DNA of 64,000 bases, from positions 2,138-66,137 of the forward strand of contig JAEOTS010000141.1 in assembly GCA_016839745.1 (NCBI GenBank), written 5' to 3'. Source of the stretch: Promethearchaeota archaeon (GTDB lineage Archaea > Asgardarchaeota > Lokiarchaeia > Sigyniarchaeales > SOKP01). Every line of letters begins with the position of its first letter. Positions within the stretch are counted from its first letter, which is position 1. The notes beneath the pieces are model-generated. The model saw only the letters and a program-made list of their open reading frames with translations, had not been told where the DNA came from and searched no databases. The position numbers were made by a program, and so were the translations under genes. Below are positions 56,239-64,000 of the stretch, one piece after another.

Positions 56239-57105
56239 ATGGGCTTTTCGATAAAAGAAGTGACATATAAAGGCAAATACCTTTTATTTCTCACGGAGCA
56301 AGAGTTTTCTGGACCCTGGTTCAGTTTTAAACTGAAAGGTAAGAATTTAGAAACAATTCCAGTATTACTGAAGAATATCGAACCAACTCCCATATATAAA
56401 ATGGTAAACAGTAGAACCGGAACTACGATAAATCGAATTACACTTGATTTTGACATAAACGAATACCTTAATATTCTAATAAAAGAAAAGAAACTCCAAC
56501 CAATCGATTTTAGAAATAAGAGTTCACTGATTCGATTATATATTGATGTTTTTAATCCTCCAAAAGTTCCTTACATCAATACTTACTTCACATTGAAAAA
56601 CATTTCTGACTATGCTTTAAATGATTTCTCAATGTACTTTGTTTTTGACTTTGACATCAACGGATTAGAGGGATTTGATAACGATTTATCCGGTTATGAT
56701 GATGAAAACGATATACTTTACCAATACGATGCAACAAATTTATACGCTGGTTTTTCTCCTATATCTCGAACGACATTTTATGAAACTTGCTTAACTAAGG
56801 ACTTTAAAATTGATCATGAAAATTTAAATTTATCAAATACTTTATACGATAAGGCAGGAGAAATTCTTTCGGCTTTACAAATTGAGTTTAAAACTTTAGA
56901 GCCTGACCAATCGTTTCAAACCGCATTAACTATCTCTGGAGCTTTAAACAAAGAGGAATTAATTGAAAACATTAAAGAAGGTAAAAATAATGCAATAAAA
57001 TTTTTATCTCAAGTCAACAGATCGGTAAAATCAGAACAGAGGAATAAACAAGAGGAAGCGTTTTTGAAACTAAATCTCCAAAAATCAGTTGATTGTAATG
57101 ATTAA
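56239..57105 (+). CDS. hypothetical protein (convergent with a DNA methyltransferase gene)
   Basis: 288-aa ORF with no confident motif. A D...ExK-like string (YDKAGEILSALQIEFK) is noted but weak. Confidence 0.45.
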   Translation: MGFSIKEVTYKGKYLLFLTEQEFSGPWFSFKLKGKNLETIPVLLKNIEPTPIYKMVNSRTGTTINRITLDFDINEYLNILIKEKKLQPIDFRNKSSLIRLYIDVFNPPKVPYINTYFTLKNISDYALNDFSMYFVFDFDINGLEGFDNDLSGYDDENDILYQYDATNLYAGFSPISRTTFYETCLTKDFKIDHENLNLSNTLYDKAGEILSALQIEFKTLEPDQSFQTALTISGALNKEELIENIKEGKNNAIKFLSQVNRSVKSEQRNKQEEAFLKLNLQKSVDCND

Positions 57106-57221
57106 ATCCTAATTAATGATTCAAATAAAAAACCCAAGTAGGAAAGTTATTTGATGAAAACTCTGCGAGAGTTTGGATTTAAATAATAAATCACTAATGA
57201 TGTTTGTATCTAATTCCTGGT

Positions 57222-58283
57222 TTATTCTAACTCGAATTTGTTATAAAGGACAGTAAATTTATTTTTATGTTCTCTATGATTTTTGATTGAATATAATAAT
57301 ATTTCGGTTTCTTGCTTAGTAATAACCGAAAACTCATAATTCTTAGCTTTATACTTAGGATCCTTTCCTTTCTTCTTGTAATTTTTTATGAAATCAATAT
57401 GATCTTTCAGGCGTTTACTGTTAATCGATTGAGCAGTATTTTTTAAATCTTTAAGATCAGTTTTAAAGCTTTCCAAGAATTCAGAATTAATCTCGTATCC
57501 GATAGAATTTCTCCCAGAAATCATCGCAGCGAATGTTGTCGTACCTTTCCCCCAAAAGGGGTCTAATATAATATCTTCATAAATAGAAAACATGTTAATT
57601 AACCTATAGGGCAATTTTAATGGGAATGCCGCAGACCTCTCTCTTAATTTTTCCTTATTCCTAATTTGATTATCCATTTTTTGTGATACCCCTTTAAGGT
57701 CTAGCCAAATATCCGAAAACCATTTATTCCTTTCTTCCCAAAAATAGGCGCTATGATATCTATGCTCAAATGCTGGGGGGAGTTTTCTCTTTTCATCTCC
57801 TTTTCTAAAAATTAAGATATACTCGTGTTCAAGGCTAACATATGCATTAGTTGGGAGCATACCCGATCCTAAAAATTTATTGGGACTATTTGTGGGCTTT
57901 CTCCATAAAATGCTCGGTAATACGACAAATCCATTGTTCTGAAAAAACATTATTACTCTAATATGGTTAGGAAACAGTTGAAAATTATTACTTATTTTTC
58001 TTGTAGCATCTCCAATATTAATACATACAATTCCACCGGGTTTAACTACTCTTACGACTTCACACCAAACATTTTCCAACTCCGCGTGCATAAGGTTAAA
58101 CGCTTTAAATCCGGCTCCTTCTTGAAGTGCTACTTGAGTTTTCTCGTTTAATTTTGAAAATAACGAATCCCACATTTCTATCATGGGGTAAGGTGGTGAA
58201 GTTACGATCAGATCAATTGTATTTGACTCGATTTCATCCATACGAGAAGAATTCTTGATAAATATTCGGTGGACAGTTTCCAT
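57222..58283 (-). CDS. beta-class DNA methyltransferase (N4-cytosine or N6-adenine; N4/N6 methylase family)
   Basis: Motif IV TSPPY lies near the N-terminus and motif I DPFWGKGTT near the C-terminus. This is the circularly permuted beta order. Confidence 0.85.
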   Translation of the reverse strand: METVHRIFIKNSSRMDEIESNTIDLIVTSPPYPMIEMWDSLFSKLNEKTQVALQEGAGFKAFNLMHAELENVWCEVVRVVKPGGIVCINIGDATRKISNNFQLFPNHIRVIMFFQNNGFVVLPSILWRKPTNSPNKFLGSGMLPTNAYVSLEHEYILIFRKGDEKRKLPPAFEHRYHSAYFWEERNKWFSDIWLDLKGVSQKMDNQIRNKEKLRERSAAFPLKLPYRLINMFSIYEDIILDPFWGKGTTTFAAMISGRNSIGYEINSEFLESFKTDLKDLKNTAQSINSKRLKDHIDFIKNYKKKGKDPKYKAKNYEFSVITKQETEILLYSIKNHREHKNKFTVLYNKFELE

Positions 58284-58351
58284 AATTAAATTATTTGCTA
58301 ATCAATTTATATTGATTGCTTATAATTAGCTCTTAAAACGTATATAAGTTT

Positions 58352-59473
58352 TTAGTCCATTGTTTGCGAAAAATATCCTACTATGCGTAGTTTGTTGGTA
58401 AAGCGATTTTGTTCCGTTATGATACCTTTAAGTTCCGTCCCATCATATACGACGGATTTATCAAAATGTATCCTTACAATTCCGCTCTTACCGGGAAGTA
58501 TATCTTGACCATCTATAAATTTAAGCGGAGAAACTTTTAATCCTACTAAACCAAAGTATTGTGTACCGTCACCTGGTTTAATAATACCTCCTTTGGGTTT
58601 AAAAAATTGGTTGATAAAAACTCTGGCTTTTATTTCATTCACATTCTTAAAAACTCCAGGACTTACTAAAATGTTGTCTCGACTAACATCTTGAGGGGAA
58701 ATATTCCCTTTTAACGCAAGACCTACTCTATCACCCTCGTATGCAACTTTGAAGTTTCTATCATGTTTTTGGATGCTTCTAATTATAACCTTTTTTACTG
58801 CAGATTCATAACCGGTAATTTCTAATAACTGACCACTCTCAACCTTTCCTTGTTTTACTATACCTAATATCACTGTACCTATACCTTTCACAGGAAAAAC
58901 ATGGTCGATAAGTATCTTAGTAAAGACTTCATTAGAGGATTCTTTTTCTAAGAGTTTCACACCCAAATGTATAATTTCCTTCTTTAAATTATCGTAATCT
59001 TCTTTAGTTCTAAGTTCGAAAATTGCGGTATTTTTCAAACTGGTTGTTTCTAAAATCGCTTCAATTTTCTTTTTTGTTTCACTCAACTTCCACTCTGTTT
59101 TGGAATTAATATCAGCTATTACAATTAGTGTTTTTGTCCTGTAAAGGCGGTAAAATAGGTCCATCGCAACTAGAATTTCTCCAATAGAGGCGTTTAACCC
59201 TGTATTTAAGTCTATAACAAGAATATGAATGTTAGAAATAACTAATGTTTGTAAAAGTGGCTTGATTTTTTCGGGGTAATCTAGAGGAGTCAAGCCACAA
59301 AAAACCTGATTTAAGCTAAGATCCAACCTATTGTAAAAGAGAATATCTGATTTTGTTCCTGGAGAACCTAGGGATTGTCCTATTAAATTATTTATATCAA
59401 AGTTATCCCCTAAAATTCCCACTACAAAATTTTTCTCTACTACTTCACTCATTTGTCTGACTAAATGTAGCAT
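58352..59473 (-). CDS. EF-Tu/SelB-like translation-factor homolog with degenerate G domain
   Basis: Domain II is clear (VFPVKGIGTVILGIVKQGKVESGQLLEI ... GDRVGLALKG). G1 is GILGDNFDINNLIGQ (no GHxDHGKT), G3 is LDYPEK (for DxPGH), and no NKxD is present. Confidence 0.6.
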   Translation of the reverse strand: MLHLVRQMSEVVEKNFVVGILGDNFDINNLIGQSLGSPGTKSDILFYNRLDLSLNQVFCGLTPLDYPEKIKPLLQTLVISNIHILVIDLNTGLNASIGEILVAMDLFYRLYRTKTLIVIADINSKTEWKLSETKKKIEAILETTSLKNTAIFELRTKEDYDNLKKEIIHLGVKLLEKESSNEVFTKILIDHVFPVKGIGTVILGIVKQGKVESGQLLEITGYESAVKKVIIRSIQKHDRNFKVAYEGDRVGLALKGNISPQDVSRDNILVSPGVFKNVNEIKARVFINQFFKPKGGIIKPGDGTQYFGLVGLKVSPLKFIDGQDILPGKSGIVRIHFDKSVVYDGTELKGIITEQNRFTNKLRIVGYFSQTMD

Positions 59474-59584
59474 TCAACAAAAATTTTCCGAAATTCTTCT
59501 TGAAATTTATGATTTTGAAATTACTAAACAAAGTTCTTATCTTAATACGAATTAAAATACTAAAAAATTATTTATGTATTCATT

Positions 59585-61108
59585 ATGCCTCGAAATAGTT
59601 TAGTAGATCAAGTAATATTAATAGTAATAGATGATGTTAGGTCATCTCATTTATTTGATCTAATAGGTAAAGGAAAGCTACCTAATATAGCTCAGATTGC
59701 TAAGAATGGAATCTTCTCTCATAATTGTATCACCTCCTACCCCAGTATTACTTTTCCTTGCTATAGTAACATAATTATTGGTTCTTATTCGGGATACTTC
59801 CCAAAGGAAGGAAGTGGGGCACCCATGTATCATTGGGTTGGAAGATCAGATCCTCCAGTAGAAGGGAAAAAATTTCCAATTATTAGAAACTATGGAAAAG
59901 GAAGTTCCCTGCTCAAATTAAATAACGATTTAGGTACCAATTGTCAAACCATTTTTGAACAGGCAGGAGATGGTAATTTTTTAAGTTCGTTGAACCTTAT
60001 AAATCGAGGTTCAATATTAATACCACCCAAAGAATATACGAGTTCTTCGATATTACGGGGAGTTGAGAAGGTGTTTAAGGATCCTAAAAGCATTTTTGAG
60101 GAGAAAAATGTGCCTAAAGTAACTGTTGCGTACGTTCCTAAAACAGATGATTTAATGCATCGTAAGGGATTTGATCACCCCGAGTATATCACCGAGTTAA
60201 TTAAATGCGATAAATATATTGGAAATCTTATAGAAACTTTAAAAAATACGGGTTATTTCGAATCTACTGCTATTGGAATAATTTCTGACCATGGAAATTA
60301 TAAATCAGAAAATATGTACGATATTGCACCATATTTTGAAGAGAAAGGGTTAATGCAGTATGTACCAAAAAAAGGAACGGGAGATTTCGATGCACACATT
60401 GGTGGTGTTGGTTTCTTTAATTTCCGGGGTAAAGATTGGTTTCATCATCCTTCATTCAATCAATTAAAAGAATTCGTCACCAGTAGTCCGGACAATAAGA
60501 AATTGAATTTATTTGAAGTTTTATGGAAAATTCCCGGCGTAAAATTGATGTATTATCGAGACGATAATAATACTCCAGATAAGGGAATCATTTATCTGGA
60601 GCATAGAGACGAAAAGACCGGGGAATTATTAAAAGATAAGATCGAGTACGAGGGACATGGAATAAAGCAAAAGACAAAGTATATTCCTGATACCAAAGAT
60701 TTCTATAAATATAATGAACGTGAGGAATCTGCTCGCCTTTTAGATAATAAAGGTCATACAATCGATGAGTGGCTCAAAGTTACAAACCAGATAGATTTCC
60801 CTATGATTGTAGATCAAGTTCCGCGTTATTTTAAAAATCCCCGATCATGTGATATTATAACATCTACACTTGGCGAATACGGATTTGGATACGAACACGG
60901 AAAAACAATGCCAAGTTCTCCATATTCTCATGATCTTGGGCTAAAAAAGTCAATGACGGTGCCATTTATAATTGGTGGAGCTTCTAACATTCCTAGGATG
61001 AATCTTTCATATTGTAAAACTACTGATATGGTTCCAACACTTCTATATTTATTAGGTGAGAAATCCCATTATAGTGTCGTTGGAAAATCCGTTTTTGATT
61101 ATTCCTAG
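59585..61108 (+). CDS. alkaline-phosphatase-superfamily enzyme, type I phosphodiesterase / nucleotide pyrophosphatase-like
   Basis: VILIVIDDVRS metal site, nucleophile context SYPSITFPCYSNIIIGSYSG, and later DDLMHRKG and SDHGN. Confidence 0.65.
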   Translation: MPRNSLVDQVILIVIDDVRSSHLFDLIGKGKLPNIAQIAKNGIFSHNCITSYPSITFPCYSNIIIGSYSGYFPKEGSGAPMYHWVGRSDPPVEGKKFPIIRNYGKGSSLLKLNNDLGTNCQTIFEQAGDGNFLSSLNLINRGSILIPPKEYTSSSILRGVEKVFKDPKSIFEEKNVPKVTVAYVPKTDDLMHRKGFDHPEYITELIKCDKYIGNLIETLKNTGYFESTAIGIISDHGNYKSENMYDIAPYFEEKGLMQYVPKKGTGDFDAHIGGVGFFNFRGKDWFHHPSFNQLKEFVTSSPDNKKLNLFEVLWKIPGVKLMYYRDDNNTPDKGIIYLEHRDEKTGELLKDKIEYEGHGIKQKTKYIPDTKDFYKYNEREESARLLDNKGHTIDEWLKVTNQIDFPMIVDQVPRYFKNPRSCDIITSTLGEYGFGYEHGKTMPSSPYSHDLGLKKSMTVPFIIGGASNIPRMNLSYCKTTDMVPTLLYLLGEKSHYSVVGKSVFDYS

Positions 61109-61189
61109 TTAAAACTGAATTTAAAAAATATTTAAAATCTTCATTCTTTTTTGTTTATAATTAGGTAGACAAATTAATTTGAATTTAAA

Positions 61190-63976
61190 ATGAAAGCTAA
61201 TCATATAATTATTGTCCCGGAAACACACTGGGACCGCGAATGGTACCTTCCATTCCAAGAATATAGAGCTAAACTAGTTCTATTAATGGATAAACTTCTT
61301 GACATCTTAAGGAGCGATCCTAATTATGCAAATTTTACACTTGATGGACAAACAATCCCCTTGGAAGATTACCTTGAAGTACGGCCTGAGTCAGAAAAAG
61401 AAATTAAAAAGTATGTAAAAGAAAGAAGGCTTTCAATTGGGCCTATGTATATATTACCTGACGAATTTTTAGTAAGTGGAGAATCTCTAATAAGGAATTT
61501 ACTTATTGGGCATCAGGATGCAATGAAATTTGGAAGGGTTATGAAAGCGGGGTATATTCCAGATCCATTTGGACACATTGCCCAACTTCCTCAAATTCTT
61601 CAAGGGTTTGAAATTCCTTCTGTTTTATTCATGCGAGGATTTGGTAACGAATTTGAAGAAAAAAATTTGAATATAGAATTTACATGGAATTCCCCTGGAG
61701 AGTCTAGTTCGATACTAGCGATTTTTTTACGGTTTGGGTATGGTTCTGTCGCAAATTTAAAGTTTTCAAAAAAAACTGGCATCTATAAATTAGCGATTAA
61801 TAAAATCAAAAGAGTTATCTCTAGTTTCGAAAAGTTAACTGCAACACCTTTAGTCCTTTTAAACAGTGGGGAAGATCACCACGAAGCTAAACCTGAAATT
61901 CCCAAAATTGTAAGTCAATGGAACGAACTAAATCCAGATGCGCTCTTAGAGCAAAATGATTTTGAGTATTATGTGGATAAAGTTTTGGGGGTAAAACCAC
62001 AATTAAAGACCTTTCAAGGTGAATTAAGAGGAGGAAAATATTATAATCTACTTTCGGGAGTTATATCAGCCCGCATGTGGATTAAACAGAGAAATACATC
62101 TATTGAATACCTGTACGAGAAATACACTGAACCATTATCTACAATCACATGGGCTCTCGATAAATACAAGAAATTTAATTATCCTCAGACATACATAACT
62201 ACTGGGTTAAAATGGTTAATCAAAAACCACCCTCACGACTCGATTTGTGGTTGTAGCATTGATCAGGTTCACGATGAGATGAAAACAAGGTTTGATTGGT
62301 CAGAGCAAATAGGAAATGAAGTCTTCAAAAACTCAATATTATATTTGTACGATTTGCTGGGAGCTAAAGAGGATAAAAAACATGTCTTGTTAATTGTCTT
62401 CAATCCTCTTCCATGGGAAAGAAGAGATATTGCGAATTTCAATGTAATTTCAAATATTAACAAATCTGGTTATAACACTCCAGAAAAATTTAGGCTTATT
62501 GATAATAATGGAAATAATGTTCCATATCAAATTGTCCAACTTAAGGGTGAACCAAGATATCGAGTAGTTAGCTCAATCAACTATTACTGCTCATTTTTAG
62601 CGGAAGTTCCTGCCTGTGGGTATAAATGTTATTATATCGTTCCTGGAGAGCTCTCTGCAGAATCCAAAATTAAAGACAATGAGTTAAAATTGGGTATTAA
62701 TACTATTGAAAACAAATTCTATAAAATAAATATTAGTCTAAAAGGACAAATCAATGTTACAGATAAATCAAATGGGATTATATATGAGAAAATCTGCGAT
62801 TTTGAGGATATGGGAGATTGGGGTGATGAATATGACTTTTCAGGTCCTTTTGATAATCAAACGGATTTAGAATTTACTTCAGAAGATTTGAATGTTCTCG
62901 AGATATCACCATTTATTGATGGATTAACTCAGAAAACAATTAAATTACGAGCTAATCTCAATTTACCCGCGTCTCTTACGGAAGATAGATACATTAGAGA
63001 CGAATTTTTGATTTCAAACTTAATTAATGTTTACATTACTCTTTATAAGGATATAAAAAGAATTGACTTCAAAATAGAAATCGAAAATTCTAGCAGGGAT
63101 CACAGAATTCGAGTGGTCTTTCCAACAAAAATTAAAACTAATTCAGTTAATTGCGATGGACATTTCATGGTTCTTTCTCGAGATGTCGAGCTACCTGAAA
63201 CTGATAAATGGGTTCAAAAACCATTACCTACAAATCACCAAAAAGATTTTATTTCAGTTAGCGATGAAGTAAGAACATTTTCCGTGATTAATAAAGGATT
63301 ACCTGAATACGAGGCTCTTCTGAGCGGAGATGGAACTGTATCTTTGGCAATTACACTTCTTCGTTGTGTAGGATGGTTGTCAAGAAATGATTTTGCTTCA
63401 AGAAGAATGCCCGCTGGTCCCGATTTAGGTGCGCCCAACGCTCAATGCCTTGGGCATCATACTTTCGAACTCTCTCTTTCCATAGAGGATAATAAAAATA
63501 ATTGGTTAGATAGCCAGGCACATGTAAGAGGAAAGGAGTTTAATAACCCACTTAAAGTTATAGCTCCATCCGTTGTCAGAACCTCAATGAGAGCAGCAAA
63601 TAACTTAGTTTTATCTCCATTTGGAGTCCTTACAGTTTTCGATGATACAACGCGATACCAAGTCGATTCTTACTTACCCGAAGAATTAAGCTTTCTCGAA
63701 ATAGAAAACTCAAATATAGTGCTTAGTGCATTAAAGAAGTCTGAAGTGGGGAATGAATTAATATTTAGGTGCTATAATATATCATCAAAAACTCAAGAAA
63801 CTGCAATAAAAATCTGTGATTTTATAGAAATACGAAATGCTCAGATTGTAAATTTCTTAGAAGAGGAACCTCAAAATGAAATTAAAGCTTCTATAAAAAC
63901 GATGGAGAAAAATTCATTTATACTTGAAATTAAACCTCATGTGATCGCAACAATTAGAATAAAAATTAATGAGTAG
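61190..63976 (+). CDS. glycoside hydrolase family 38 alpha-mannosidase
   Basis: IVPETHWDREWY N-terminal signature, GYIPDPFGH, HPHDSICGCS, and a size of 928 aa. Confidence 0.85.
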   Translation: MKANHIIIVPETHWDREWYLPFQEYRAKLVLLMDKLLDILRSDPNYANFTLDGQTIPLEDYLEVRPESEKEIKKYVKERRLSIGPMYILPDEFLVSGESLIRNLLIGHQDAMKFGRVMKAGYIPDPFGHIAQLPQILQGFEIPSVLFMRGFGNEFEEKNLNIEFTWNSPGESSSILAIFLRFGYGSVANLKFSKKTGIYKLAINKIKRVISSFEKLTATPLVLLNSGEDHHEAKPEIPKIVSQWNELNPDALLEQNDFEYYVDKVLGVKPQLKTFQGELRGGKYYNLLSGVISARMWIKQRNTSIEYLYEKYTEPLSTITWALDKYKKFNYPQTYITTGLKWLIKNHPHDSICGCSIDQVHDEMKTRFDWSEQIGNEVFKNSILYLYDLLGAKEDKKHVLLIVFNPLPWERRDIANFNVISNINKSGYNTPEKFRLIDNNGNNVPYQIVQLKGEPRYRVVSSINYYCSFLAEVPACGYKCYYIVPGELSAESKIKDNELKLGINTIENKFYKINISLKGQINVTDKSNGIIYEKICDFEDMGDWGDEYDFSGPFDNQTDLEFTSEDLNVLEISPFIDGLTQKTIKLRANLNLPASLTEDRYIRDEFLISNLINVYITLYKDIKRIDFKIEIENSSRDHRIRVVFPTKIKTNSVNCDGHFMVLSRDVELPETDKWVQKPLPTNHQKDFISVSDEVRTFSVINKGLPEYEALLSGDGTVSLAITLLRCVGWLSRNDFASRRMPAGPDLGAPNAQCLGHHTFELSLSIEDNKNNWLDSQAHVRGKEFNNPLKVIAPSVVRTSMRAANNLVLSPFGVLTVFDDTTRYQVDSYLPEELSFLEIENSNIVLSALKKSEVGNELIFRCYNISSKTQETAIKICDFIEIRNAQIVNFLEEEPQNEIKASIKTMEKNSFILEIKPHVIATIRIKINE

Positions 63977-64000
63977 ATTGGATAAAAAAATGTGGAAATC

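Noticed and set aside
1-64000. CRISPR arrays, rRNA genes, transposases, integrases and prophage modules.
   Set aside because: Reading through the intergenic regions showed no regularly spaced direct repeats beyond the 2-copy 18-mer at 49034. No long GC-rich rRNA-like tracts were present, and no ORF carried DDE/tyrosine-recombinase or capsid/terminase-like motifs.

Overview
This is a strongly AT-rich window (roughly 30% G+C by eye) that is densely coding. It holds about 55 protein genes and one tRNA-Leu(CAG). I saw no rRNA, no CRISPR array and no recognisable transposase or integrase. Gene content points to an Asgard (Lokiarchaeia-like) archaeon. The evidence is several Ras/Rab/Arf-like small GTPases fused to Roadblock/LC7, longin-like, coiled-coil or membrane modules, a gelsolin-fold protein, an LRR protein, an archaeal Nre repair protein with a C-terminal PIP box, and endonuclease V. 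Ordinary metabolic and housekeeping content includes an ECF transporter operon, a P1B heavy-metal ATPase, MFS/GPH transporters, a flavodiiron protein and a MoxR-VWA pair. It also includes a PAS histidine kinase with a receiver, two non-pyrrolysine MttB-family methyltransferases with a corrinoid protein and a Cys/Met PLP enzyme, TrmO, two DNA methyltransferases, an NPP-type phosphodiesterase and a GH38 mannosidase. The most unusual part is a GTPase-centred signalling island at 3.4-11.5 kb. It contains a longin + Arf-like pseudoGTPase, two paralogous Rab-like GTPases with a degenerate G4 motif, and a receiver/coiled-coil protein with a shared C2HC tail. It also contains an ~80-nt island of about two-thirds G+C that looks like a structured RNA. 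Related modules lie elsewhere: two tandem 7TM + longin-like proteins, a Roadblock-Rab fusion and an EF-Tu-like pseudoGTPase. Sequence-level oddities are also reported. Three genes have conserved N-terminal coding sequence upstream of any canonical start codon. There is a truncated oxidoreductase pseudogene and a TGA-interrupted zinc-ribbon mini-ORF. A 40-nt element is repeated in two intergenic regions, a decayed gene fragment is duplicated across a radical SAM gene, and a tandem palindromic operator-like repeat lies upstream of a transporter gene. All functional calls come from motif recognition by eye; no database search was possible.
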